A DNA stretch of 64,000 nucleotides from Clostridia bacterium (GCA_050951325.1 JBMNIW010000003.1:32001-96000); one strand, 5' to 3'. Positions 20,659 to 30,196 are shown, numbered from the stretch's first letter. The notes: generated by a model not told the origin, from the sequence alone. Made by a program: numbers and translations.

Positions 20659-21292
20659 TATGTTATATAAAGAAATCAGGCTTTCCGCCCATCCAAACCT
20701 CTTCATATTTACACTGCTTGGCATGCTGGTGATAGTGCCTGCTTATCCTTATGGAATGGTTTTCATCTTCGGATGTCTTGGTCCATATATAACCATGATG
20801 TATGGCAGGGAAACAAATGATATTTACTACACTGCCCTGCTTCCTGTAAAAAAGACAGATATTGTAAAAACAAAGTGTCTTTTATTCGTTCTTGCACAAA
20901 TGACACAAATACTGATATCCCTACCCTTTGCCATATTGAGAGTATATATCCTGCCTGATGGCAATCCTGCAGGCATTGAAGCAAATCTGGCATATTACGG
21001 TTTTGGTTTCATAATATATGCAGTATTCAACATGATATTCCTTACCACGTTCTTTAAAACTGCATATAAGGCAGGCAAAGCCTTCTTGCTTGCAATAATT
21101 CCAGCTACTTTTTGCATGATTTTGATGGAAGTTCTTGTCCACTTTCCTAAATTCAAGTGGCTTGACAGTACAAAAGCATACGATTTGCTTAAACAGAGTC
21201 CCATACTTGTTATTGGCATTGTATTCTATACCATAGTCATGTTACTAACTTACAGAGTATCTGCAAATAGGTTTAAAAAAGTTGATCTTTAA
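20651..21292 (+). CDS. ABC-2 transporter permease
   Basis: About 6 TM helices, LLPVKKTDIVKTK motif, overlaps the ATPase stop. Confidence 0.85.
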   Translation: MFNMLYKEIRLSAHPNLFIFTLLGMLVIVPAYPYGMVFIFGCLGPYITMMYGRETNDIYYTALLPVKKTDIVKTKCLLFVLAQMTQILISLPFAILRVYILPDGNPAGIEANLAYYGFGFIIYAVFNMIFLTTFFKTAYKAGKAFLLAIIPATFCMILMEVLVHFPKFKWLDSTKAYDLLKQSPILVIGIVFYTIVMLLTYRVSANRFKKVDL

Positions 21293-21359
21293 TGGTTGAC
21301 GGTAGTCGCCTTCTAATGTAATATAAGTTTCAAAAGCGACGAAAACCAGAGGTGTATAA

Positions 21360-22898
21360 ATGAAAAGAAAAATTATTATCCTTGTTCTACTGATTATTGC
21401 AATTCTAGCCACTTCATGCTCATCCAGCGTAAAACTTACGGAGAAAGACAAGGAATTCATAAGCAAATACTACACAGAGTACGAAAGCGAGCTATTTGAT
21501 ACTGAAAACATAGTTCTTTCATTTGCAGCCATGAGCGACCTCCATATAGGAGGAAAGAACCAGCCTGAAAAACTTGCAAAAGCCATAAATTTGCTTAATA
21601 AAAGGGTAAAGCCAGGTCTGGATGCTTTGTTGTTTGCTGGAGATCTTACAGATCTTACAGGTTACAAAGTACAGGAAGATGAAATCAAAATATTTAAGAA
21701 AGTTATAGATGAAAACCGGGATAAAAATACTTCAATATTATATGTCCTTGGCAACCATGATGAAAACAGCGAAGTTTCAATGAGTCCCAGCTTCTACAGA
21801 ATCTTTGGCGAATCTTTTTATAATGCTGATGTTCTTGACAAAGAAGAAATTTTCTCAGGTAGACATCACTGGATCGTAAATGGTTATCATTTTCTTGGGG
21901 CTGATTTTGACTGGAGTTCTGATGACTATGTTGGCAAGAATCTTGAATGGATTGACACAAAACTTAAGGAAATAACAGAAAAAGAGCCAAACAAACCTGT
22001 TTTTGTCACAGTTCACGCCCCAAGGAGCAATGTAGACAAAACGCTTTCCAAGTATCCGCAGGTAATATTATTGACAGGGCACACCCATCTGCCCCTCAAT
22101 TCAGACAGAGCAATAAAACAAACAACCTACACTCACCTGCATTGCGGTGGCATGTATTACTACCGTCAATATACTGTTGACGGTAAGCTTATGGAAGAAC
22201 TGGGAGAAATACATAATTTCATGCAAGGATACCTCGTGGAGGTCGACAAGAATCAGAATGTAAGAGTTATAAGAATGGATTTTTACCACGAAAAGGCCTA
22301 TGAGCCTGTGTGGATTATCCCTGCACCTAAAGAAGATAAATCTCATCTTCTATACACTGAAGTGCTTAAGGACAAGAGCAAGAGACCGTATTTCGAGGAT
22401 ACTGAAATCGATCTAAGTGACTCCTTGACATACACCTTTATAGGCAGATTCAAAACAGCAAAGACGGAAAGCACAAATCCAATTGAGCTTTATGAAATCA
22501 CTCTGTGGCAGACTGACAAGGTTGAAACAAAGTATATCTCCACCTATTATGCCATTACAGAAATTGATGATTTTCCTGATGAGTATGAATTTCGGTTCAT
22601 AAATGTTGATGCAGACACCCATGCTGTAAGCATCTCTGCCTACGACTGCCATGGAAGTTCGTCCAACAACATCCTCTACAATAAAGGCTTGTACTTTGTT
22701 GATATAAGATCCAATGTCCCTGGTAATGCAAATATTAAAGCTTACAAACAAGGAGAAAAAGTTAGAGTAAGAATAACTCCTCCTGCAGGTTACAGTATCG
22801 AGAACATAACCGCAGAAGGAATAGAGCTTGATGATTCAATGTCATTTGACATGCCGGACAACAATGTGATTATTAACGTAACTTATTCAAAAAGATAG
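21360..22898 (+). CDS. Calcineurin-like metallophosphoesterase lipoprotein with C-terminal beta-rich domains
   Basis: Lipobox LATSC; SDLH, AGDLTD, GNHD, GHTH; putative TTGACG-17-TAATAT promoter at 21296-21324. Confidence 0.88.
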   Translation: MKRKIIILVLLIIAILATSCSSSVKLTEKDKEFISKYYTEYESELFDTENIVLSFAAMSDLHIGGKNQPEKLAKAINLLNKRVKPGLDALLFAGDLTDLTGYKVQEDEIKIFKKVIDENRDKNTSILYVLGNHDENSEVSMSPSFYRIFGESFYNADVLDKEEIFSGRHHWIVNGYHFLGADFDWSSDDYVGKNLEWIDTKLKEITEKEPNKPVFVTVHAPRSNVDKTLSKYPQVILLTGHTHLPLNSDRAIKQTTYTHLHCGGMYYYRQYTVDGKLMEELGEIHNFMQGYLVEVDKNQNVRVIRMDFYHEKAYEPVWIIPAPKEDKSHLLYTEVLKDKSKRPYFEDTEIDLSDSLTYTFIGRFKTAKTESTNPIELYEITLWQTDKVETKYISTYYAITEIDDFPDEYEFRFINVDADTHAVSISAYDCHGSSSNNILYNKGLYFVDIRSNVPGNANIKAYKQGEKVRVRITPPAGYSIENITAEGIELDDSMSFDMPDNNVIINVTYSKR

Positions 22899-24044
22899 TT
22901 CCAATATACTTATCGCTTCAACTCCATGCTCGAGAGGCTTGCTCCTCTCGAGTATTACATTTATGCATTCTTGTTTTTTTGTATCTTCCAAAGGGGTTGG
23001 TCTGAAGTTGTTTGCCAGAACACCCTTGAAATTAAGATCATTAGTAGATGTTATGTAGCATGGGACAACAAAGCTGTCGTCTCCTAAAACTTTCCCGCCC
23101 TTTACCGTCCATTCATGTACATATATCATGGTTTCAGGGTTTGTTGCACTTCTTGATCCTCCGAAAGCAAAGTTACCAAGACTGTATACAATATGTTTTC
23201 CTTTGTAGTTTTCAATTCCCTGAAGAAGATGAGGATGGTGTCCGACTATCAGGTCCGCTCCTTCATCTATATACAAATGAGCTACATCCCTTTGTGCTTT
23301 TGGGGGAACTTTTTCAAGTTCCTTGCCCCAATGAAGGTTGACTATTACAATATTGTCCTCTTTCTTGTTGTCCCTTATCAATGGAAGAACATCCTCGTAC
23401 CTCTCTGCCATGACATTGGTGTCTTCAACTAATATGAAGTTTGCAGCTATAAAGACAATTTCAACACCTTTTACAATAACCTTGTAAACTTCATTATGCC
23501 CTATCGGTTCAACACCATGGCTTTTAAAAGAATTCCGAGTTTCAATATACCCTTCCTCCAAGTAATCATAAGAGTGGTTGTTGGCAAGAAGTGCAATTTC
23601 TACACTTGATTCTTTTAATATGTTGGCATATTCAGGCTTTCCTCTGAAGCGCCAGGGTTTGTCCGCCTGCTTTGTATGATTTGTCAGGGTCCCCTCATAA
23701 TTAATAACAGTAATGTCGTCACTTTTGAAATAGTCAAGAACGTAATCAAAGGGGTATGTTACACTGTTTGATCTTTCATACACCTGCGGAAACAGGTCAG
23801 GCAGATCATATTCGTTTTGCATTCCAAACATGCAGTCCCCGACAAAACTTATTCTGATTGTCTGTTCGACTTCGGGCTTCTCTGTTGGCTCAAGAGTGGG
23901 AGATGGCGAAGGTGTTAATGTATGTGTAGGCAGCAAAGCATCTGTGGGCACAGGAGTTAAATTTACTCCACCTTGCCCACAGGAAGACAGTACAAATATC
24001 AAGACAATAATAATGAAAATAAATGATTTTCTTTTCATAATCAA
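22887..24044 (-). CDS. CapA (PGA_cap) family metallophosphatase lipoprotein
   Basis: Lipobox LSSC, Pro/Thr linker, VGD, NYEG, ANNH, HWG, GHHPH, YSLGNF; ATG may be 24038. Confidence 0.9.
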   Translation of the reverse strand: MIMKRKSFIFIIIVLIFVLSSCGQGGVNLTPVPTDALLPTHTLTPSPSPTLEPTEKPEVEQTIRISFVGDCMFGMQNEYDLPDLFPQVYERSNSVTYPFDYVLDYFKSDDITVINYEGTLTNHTKQADKPWRFRGKPEYANILKESSVEIALLANNHSYDYLEEGYIETRNSFKSHGVEPIGHNEVYKVIVKGVEIVFIAANFILVEDTNVMAERYEDVLPLIRDNKKEDNIVIVNLHWGKELEKVPPKAQRDVAHLYIDEGADLIVGHHPHLLQGIENYKGKHIVYSLGNFAFGGSRSATNPETMIYVHEWTVKGGKVLGDDSFVVPCYITSTNDLNFKGVLANNFRPTPLEDTKKQECINVILERSKPLEHGVEAISILELSF

Positions 24045-25006
24045 AACTCAAACTTTGTTTCTCTGATGAACATGCTGTCCAACATTTCTTTCGCATCCTT
24101 GTCTTCAAAAAGTACATTGTAAACTGCTTTTGAAATTGGCAGTTCCACATTGTACAACTCTGATAACCTTACCAATGCCTTTGCAGTGTCGACACCTTCT
24201 GCCAGCTTGTTCATCGGGATACCCTTTATATAGTTCTCACCGAACAATCTATTGTGACTGTATTCGGAGAACAGCGTAGCCTGGTAGTCGCCAAGATGGG
24301 AAAGACCGTAAGCTGTAAGTTCATTGCCTCCCATTGCCCTTACCAGCCTTGAAATCTCTCTTGCTCCTCTTGCCATAAGAGCACCTTTCAAGCCTGGCCA
24401 GTCAAAACCGTCAAGCATGCCTGCGGCAATACCCATGACGTTTTTTGCAGCAGCACCTACCTCACACCCTATTAGGTCCTGACCGTAATAGAACCTTATC
24501 AGAGTGCTGTTAAGCTCAGAAACCAAAAGCTTTGTAACCTCAATATCATCGGACCCAATAATCATGCAGCTGGGTCTGCCGTTGTAAAAGTCCTGCACAT
24601 GGCCAGGTCCCACCCAAATGGCAACCTTGTTGCCAGGACCAACCTCCTCATGGAATATCTGTGTAAGTCTTTTTCCGGTTTCACTTTCAAGACCCTTCAT
24701 ACATAAGATGAAAATTTTATCTTTAACTTCAATACGATTAACCAAGTCCTTTAAAAATGCTCTGAACTGCTGTGCCCCAATAGAAACAACAACCACTTTT
24801 GAATAACTCATCGCATATTCCAAATCATCTGTCAATTCTATATCATCAGGAAGAGTAATATAATCGTTCTTTCTTGTTTCCACAAACCTAACATAATCAC
24901 GTGTACCTTTTAGGCCGTAGAGCAGCACATCATGTTTTTTTATCGCTTGACAGTACCATGCAATGCAACTGCCCCATCTGCCACAACCAACAACTGTTAT
25001 TTTCAT
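24041..25006 (-). CDS. gpsA: NAD(P)H-dependent glycerol-3-phosphate dehydrogenase
   Basis: GCGRWG, CMKGLE, GAAAKNV, SHLGDY, SHNR. Confidence 0.92.
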   Translation of the reverse strand: MKITVVGCGRWGSCIAWYCQAIKKHDVLLYGLKGTRDYVRFVETRKNDYITLPDDIELTDDLEYAMSYSKVVVVSIGAQQFRAFLKDLVNRIEVKDKIFILCMKGLESETGKRLTQIFHEEVGPGNKVAIWVGPGHVQDFYNGRPSCMIIGSDDIEVTKLLVSELNSTLIRFYYGQDLIGCEVGAAAKNVMGIAAGMLDGFDWPGLKGALMARGAREISRLVRAMGGNELTAYGLSHLGDYQATLFSEYSHNRLFGENYIKGIPMNKLAEGVDTAKALVRLSELYNVELPISKAVYNVLFEDKDAKEMLDSMFIRETKFEF

Positions 25007-25073
25007 TCTGAAAATCAATCCTTTATTCTTTTTTCATTACTATTTAGTATACCATTTTCAAGCAAAAATGCAA

Positions 25074-25742
25074 CTAATCAAACGTATATTTATCAATCAG
25101 CTTGTCAGATCTTTCTTTATACTCTTCTTCAGATATTCTCCGCCAATCATACTTCTTCTTAAGGTTTTTTAATTTGCCTTCAAGAATCTCAGCATAAAAC
25201 AATTCCTTCATATCATGGATATCCTTTGCTGTAAAGGAAAGCAGTATGAAATATCCTGCAAATGGAGTCAGCATAATTCCGCTTGTAGAATATTCAATTG
25301 TAGATAAAATTATGGTTGTCCAACCCAATATATTTGCTAATACTACATCTTCAAAATCATGTAGAACTATATACAAAGACAACAACAGACAAAAAGACAG
25401 AATTGTAGTAGCAAGGTTGTCCGAACAGACATAAGATTCATTGTATTTCATGCAATATGTCACATTACGCATAATAATTGTTGCGCTCATAAGTCCCCAC
25501 GAAGCAATCAGACAACACTTCCTGTACAACATGTTCAAGAGCAGTATGCAAAAAGCAATAATGAGCAAAAGACTTGTTATATAACAAGCACTTGTTAAAA
25601 AATACAGTATGAAATAGTAGATGTCTTTAACAAGTATCTTAAAATCTGCCGCACTATATAGCAATGTAGGCAAACTCCACAAAATAGCAAGTAAATAAAT
25701 ACAAATCTGTAGAAGAAGTTTAGTTTTCAAACTGGTTGTCAC
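25074..25742 (-). CDS. Hypothetical multi-pass membrane protein with SHOCT-like C-terminus
   Basis: 5-6 hydrophobic segments; LKNLKKKYDWRRISEEEYKERSDKLI tail. Confidence 0.65.
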   Translation of the reverse strand: MTTSLKTKLLLQICIYLLAILWSLPTLLYSAADFKILVKDIYYFILYFLTSACYITSLLLIIAFCILLLNMLYRKCCLIASWGLMSATIIMRNVTYCMKYNESYVCSDNLATTILSFCLLLSLYIVLHDFEDVVLANILGWTTIILSTIEYSTSGIMLTPFAGYFILLSFTAKDIHDMKELFYAEILEGKLKNLKKKYDWRRISEEEYKERSDKLIDKYTFD

Positions 25743-26028
25743 ATTTATCCTCCGTGTTTGTTTCGAATGTTTGCTCCCTAATTTCTAATAACTGCAAAAT
25801 TCTTTCATTTGATTCGGCAGTTTTTTCTGCATTTTCTATGAGTTCTCCAAATCCAAAGACAAGCCATGATGCAAACAATGTACTAATAAAAACAAGAATA
25901 GCAATTAAAAATCCTTCATCATGCTCATCTGTAATGGCTTCTAAAAAAAGAATGAAAGATGCAAATATGCCTAGTGTTAGAATTAAGACAGCAATTACCT
26001 TAATTTTTGCAGAAATATTATTGAACAT
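25720..26028 (-). CDS. Hypothetical 2-TM membrane protein
   Basis: GGAGG RBS; two TM helices ending GFGELIE, followed by a short coiled coil. Confidence 0.75.
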   Translation of the reverse strand: MFNNISAKIKVIAVLILTLGIFASFILFLEAITDEHDEGFLIAILVFISTLFASWLVFGFGELIENAEKTAESNERILQLLEIREQTFETNTEDKCDNQFEN

Positions 26029-26174
26029 ATGTACCTCCGAAAATGCCGATTGTTTTTTTCATTATATGATAAAAACCAAAATAGTCAAGTATTAGAAATT
26101 TACTCGTCTTGCAATATGATAGTAATGCTGTTAAAATATATCCGATGCCTACTAAAGGAGCCTGGAGGGTACAA

Positions 26175-27143
26175 ATGAGATTACAAAAGATAGCATCAGG
26201 AATTGCAATTTTCTTCGCAGCAATAATTTATGTAGTATTCGCTCCACAAACGGTTTATTCGGATACGGTGGGATTCGAATCCGCCAAACTTTTGAGCGAA
26301 CTTGGCATCTTTTACATAGACAAAGACATGAGCGACAAGGAACTTTCCGATTTCCTAAAAGAAAAATCCACCAAGGCAATTGCATACAATCTGGCTTTTG
26401 GTCTAACCGGGGCTGTCAAAGATCCATACACTGGATTAATTGACGCAAGTTTTTCGCTACGCTTTTTCAAAAGCGAAAATTTGTCTGTTTACACCAATAT
26501 GCTTGATACAAGGGAATACATCTCATCCACTGAATTAAGTTCTGCCGACTGTTATAGGGTTTTTCTTGATGTGCTGGGTTATGAATCAATGAAGGGTAAG
26601 AGCAACGAGGAAGTTCTTTTGGCAGCACAAAATGCAGGCTTTGGATACTTCCAGCCGGTTGATAATAAAGAAAATATAACCAACGGAGAACTTGTGAATA
26701 CCGCCTTCGAAGCTTTATATCTTTGCGGTGTGAAGACCAAGATACCAACAATACATTCACTATCGCAAATTAATCCAGATTTGAAATCCAAAGCTGTAAA
26801 ACTTGGCATGATAGATTTGTTCCCCGAAGATATCCCCATGTTTACCGAAGGACCATACAAAACCCAGACTTTTTCTGAACTTATTGGTACGGATGTAACA
26901 ACAAATGTTAAAAAGCATGAATGGTCCGCCGAATATTTGAATGTAAATTTGGCAGGTTATGAAAATTATAAAAATAAACTTGTTAATTCCGATTGGCTAT
27001 TTGAAGTTGAATTCTACAAAGAATCGGAAGACTTTGAGGATCTTTGCGTATTGTACTATAAAGTAATTGATGGTTTGGAACACTATGTTACGCTTGTATT
27101 CAATAAAGAATCGAAAACCTTGGAACTCTGGTATGCTTATTAA
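26175..27143 (+). CDS. Secreted protein with degenerate S-layer-homology-like repeats
   Basis: Signal peptide; LSELGIF..STKAIAYNLAFGLTG and LGY..AQNAG..ITNGELVNTAFEAL resemble SLH; GGAGGG RBS. Confidence 0.6.
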   Translation: MRLQKIASGIAIFFAAIIYVVFAPQTVYSDTVGFESAKLLSELGIFYIDKDMSDKELSDFLKEKSTKAIAYNLAFGLTGAVKDPYTGLIDASFSLRFFKSENLSVYTNMLDTREYISSTELSSADCYRVFLDVLGYESMKGKSNEEVLLAAQNAGFGYFQPVDNKENITNGELVNTAFEALYLCGVKTKIPTIHSLSQINPDLKSKAVKLGMIDLFPEDIPMFTEGPYKTQTFSELIGTDVTTNVKKHEWSAEYLNVNLAGYENYKNKLVNSDWLFEVEFYKESEDFEDLCVLYYKVIDGLEHYVTLVFNKESKTLELWYAY

Positions 27144-27718
27144 GCATTCTTGAGTTTTCTTTTTACCCTTTGCAATGCATTGTCAATAGCCTTGGGGTCC
27201 TTGTTTAATGTGCCTGCAATGCTTGCATATGAATCCCCATTAAGAAACATAATAAGGACCTGTTTTTCAAAATCACTAAGAAGTGTGTCTATCTTTTGTT
27301 TAAATATCTCAGTCGATTCCTTGCTTATCGCAATCTCCTCAGGGTTTGACAAATCCGAAGTGGTAAGACAATCCATATCACAGTCGTCATCATTCTCCTT
27401 GTAAATCGATACATAAGAATTAAGAGGCAGGTGTTTAAGCCTGTTTGCTGATTTAACAGCGCTTATCACCTGTCTCTTTATACAAATTTCCGCATATTTT
27501 CCGAAATTGACATTCTTGCCCGGGACAAACGACAGTATAGCCTTGTACAAGCCTATCATACCTTCCTGCAGCAAATCCTCGCCATCAGCTCCGGTTAGAA
27601 AATAAGCTCTTGTAACAGTCCTGACAAGACTTTTGTACTTAACCAACAAAGATTCCATATGCTGGTCGCTGCCCTGTTGAGCAAGCATTACCAATTTTTC
27701 GTCATTCATAGATATCAA
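27140..27718 (-). CDS. sigH: RNA polymerase sigma-H factor
   Basis: YFLTGADGEDLLQEGMIGLYKA, ANRLKHLPLNSYVS, KAIDNALQRVKRKL. Confidence 0.95.
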   Translation of the reverse strand: MISMNDEKLVMLAQQGSDQHMESLLVKYKSLVRTVTRAYFLTGADGEDLLQEGMIGLYKAILSFVPGKNVNFGKYAEICIKRQVISAVKSANRLKHLPLNSYVSIYKENDDDCDMDCLTTSDLSNPEEIAISKESTEIFKQKIDTLLSDFEKQVLIMFLNGDSYASIAGTLNKDPKAIDNALQRVKRKLKNA

Positions 27719-29115
27719 TCCACAATTTTCGTTCCTTCAGGAGTATCAATTATCTTGATGCCCATCTCTTTCAATTGGTCCCTGATAGCATCAGCCCTGG
27801 CATAATCCTTGTTCTTTTTAGCCTCTGCCCTAACGCGTATAAGCTCATGAACCTCTTCACTAACTTTGCTTTTTGCATTCTTCTGAGCTTCTTCCCTCTT
27901 GATAACCTGATTCTCCATATCAAGCCCCAATACATTATCAGTCTTAATAACAAAATCATATATCTTTCTACTCTTTTCGGAGTTCCTTAGCGCCTTCCAT
28001 ACAACACCCAATGCCTGAGGGATGTTCAAATCGTCATTTACAGCGTCAAGAAAATCTTTTTCAAAATCCTTAATCAACTCATCAGAAACATCATCCTGGC
28101 CTTCCTTGTGTTGCATTAATGCATCATAGAGTCTATCCAGTGCTTTGGATGCTGCTGTCAAAGCGTCAAAAGTAAAGTTTAGCTTGTTCCTGTAATGACC
28201 GTTCAGACAGAAATACCTGTAGGCAAGTGGCTCATATCCTCTTTCCTTAAGGTCCTTTATTGTGTATGTGTTGCCAAGACTTTTTGACATCTTGCCGCCG
28301 TCAACCAAAAGAAATTCGGCATGCATCCAGTACTTGACAGTCTCCTTTCCAGTCAAGGCTTCAGACTGAGCAATTTCATTCTCATGGTGTATGGGTATGT
28401 GGTCCACACCGCCAGTATGGATATCAAATTCATCACCAAGATAATCCCTTGCCATGGCAGAGCACTCGATATGCCAGCCTGGATATCCCATTCCCCAAGG
28501 GCTTGCCCATTGCATGATGTGCTCTTTCGGAGCCTTTTTCCACACTGCGAAATCTGCAGGGTGTCTCTTTTCATCATTTACAGAAACCCTCGCTCCGGCC
28601 ATCTGGTCCTCCAGGTTTATTCTAGAAAGCTTGCCGTACTCTGGAAACTTTTCAATATCAAAATATATTCCATCACTGGTTTCATAAGCATATCCCTTTT
28701 CTACCAACGATACAACAAACTCAATCATGCTTCTTATGTGTTCAGTTGCCTTCACAACAATCTCAGGTGTTTCAATGTTCAGGCTCTTTATATCATCAAA
28801 AAATACATTTGTATAATACTCTGCAATTTCTTCCGGTGTTTTTTGCTGTGCTTTTGCAGCCTTTGCCATTTTATCCTCGCCTTCATCCGCATCGGACACA
28901 AGATGGCCTACATCGGTAATATTCATTACATGCTTCAGCTTATACCCATTCAGCCTCAACACTCTTCTAAGGGTGTCCATGAAGATATATGTTCTTAAGT
29001 TGCCGATATGGGCATAATTGTACACGGTAGGACCGCAGGAATAAATTCTTACTTCGTTGCCTTCCAAAGGTTTGAATTCTTCTTTTTGTCTACTCAGTGT
29101 GTTGTATATCTTCAT
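27715..29115 (-). CDS. cysS: Cysteine--tRNA ligase
   Basis: CGPTVY, HIGN, PGWHIECS, HHENE, KMSKS. Confidence 0.98.
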   Translation of the reverse strand: MKIYNTLSRQKEEFKPLEGNEVRIYSCGPTVYNYAHIGNLRTYIFMDTLRRVLRLNGYKLKHVMNITDVGHLVSDADEGEDKMAKAAKAQQKTPEEIAEYYTNVFFDDIKSLNIETPEIVVKATEHIRSMIEFVVSLVEKGYAYETSDGIYFDIEKFPEYGKLSRINLEDQMAGARVSVNDEKRHPADFAVWKKAPKEHIMQWASPWGMGYPGWHIECSAMARDYLGDEFDIHTGGVDHIPIHHENEIAQSEALTGKETVKYWMHAEFLLVDGGKMSKSLGNTYTIKDLKERGYEPLAYRYFCLNGHYRNKLNFTFDALTAASKALDRLYDALMQHKEGQDDVSDELIKDFEKDFLDAVNDDLNIPQALGVVWKALRNSEKSRKIYDFVIKTDNVLGLDMENQVIKREEAQKNAKSKVSEEVHELIRVRAEAKKNKDYARADAIRDQLKEMGIKIIDTPEGTKIVD

Positions 29116-29824
29116 TTTTATCTATCTCCATTTTCTGTTCATATTTCTTTTTCACGCATTCCAGTTCACTAATCTTGTGATTGAGTTCTTCAATCAATGC
29201 CTGAAGGTGTTTCTCCCTTTCCTTTATCGTTTCCATTATCTTCATCAATTCCTGATTTATAGGATCAGGAACTTTTGTATGCTCAAGTGTTTCAGAGGGA
29301 GCTACCTTCTGTCCATCCATCTTTACAATCCTCGCTTTCATTCCTGTTACAGTGCAGTTGTCAGGAACATCATTCAGAACAACAGAACCGGCACCTATCA
29401 GTGAGTTATTTCCAATCGTGACAGGACCCAGTATTTTGGCTCCTGCACCGATAAGTACATTGTCACCAACGGTTGGGTGCCTTTTTTTATGTTTTTGCGT
29501 ACCAGTTCCGCCCAGAGTTACCTGATGATATATCGTACAGTTGTTCCCTATTTCAGCCGTCTCGCCTATTACTACACCATTCCCATGGTCAATAAACAAT
29601 CCTTCACCGATTTTTGCGCCAGGATGTATTTCAATTCCAGTTTTTCTACTTGCTCTTTGTGACAAGTATCTTGCTATAAAATACATCTTGTGTCTATAGA
29701 AGAACGATGAAAATCTATGATATAAAAGAGCCTTGAAACCTGGATATAGAAGGATAACTTCCAAGGTGCTTCTAGCAGCAGGATCTCTTTTATATATTGA
29801 CTTTGCATCTTTTAATAATCCCAC
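29090..29824 (-). CDS. cysE: Serine O-acetyltransferase
   Basis: RDPAA, TGIEIHPGA, FIDHG, TLGGTG, RHP; GTG 29824 after AGGAGG; long coiled-coil C-terminus overlapping cysS by 26 nt. Confidence 0.96.
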   Translation of the reverse strand: MGLLKDAKSIYKRDPAARSTLEVILLYPGFKALLYHRFSSFFYRHKMYFIARYLSQRASRKTGIEIHPGAKIGEGLFIDHGNGVVIGETAEIGNNCTIYHQVTLGGTGTQKHKKRHPTVGDNVLIGAGAKILGPVTIGNNSLIGAGSVVLNDVPDNCTVTGMKARIVKMDGQKVAPSETLEHTKVPDPINQELMKIMETIKEREKHLQALIEELNHKISELECVKKKYEQKMEIDKNEDIQHTE

Positions 29825-29893
29825 AAAAATCCTCCTATTATTATAATTGTGAATACAATTATACAACATGGTACATGTAAAGTAAAGAATAAA

Positions 29894-29924
29894 CCGGATG
29901 AAACATAAGTTTAGTTTCATCCGG
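29894..29924 (-). terminator. Terminator of 6S RNA
   Basis: Perfect 11-bp stem ccggatgaaac/gtttcatccgg, then U-rich on the minus strand. Confidence 0.85.
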
Positions 29925-29945
29925 CCAGACATAAACAGAAGAAAA

Positions 29946-30137
29946 TATCCCAAAATGCCGCCACCTTATTTTGACACCTAGCCTCGCTAGGTGGGTATCC
30001 TATGGTATACTTCTGCCTTCCCCTGATTCTTGCGAATGGCATTTGTGCCTGAGGCCTGACATCCGTATCCCAAGTCGGATTCCCTTTTTTGTCATGTAGG
30101 TTCAAAATTAAGGTTCCTCGTCGAACATTTCAGGATA
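29946..30137 (-). ncRNA. ssrS: 6S RNA
   Basis: ~192 nt; closing stem UAUCCUGAAAUGUUCG/CGGCAUUUUGGGAUA; UUUUGAACC..GGGA and GGAUACCCACCU..GUCAAAA elements typical of Firmicute 6S; own TGaTATAAT promoter (-10 at 30160-30165) and terminator. Confidence 0.88.
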
Positions 30138-30196
30138 AGTTATTTGGTTTTTCATTAGTATTATATCATGTTTTTCGCAAAACGCAACAAGCAAAT

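Noticed and set aside
29956-29972. T-box-like AAUAAGGUGGCGGC upstream of cysE
   Set aside because: It lacks the full T-box consensus and stem I, and forms the 3' strand of the 6S RNA closing stem
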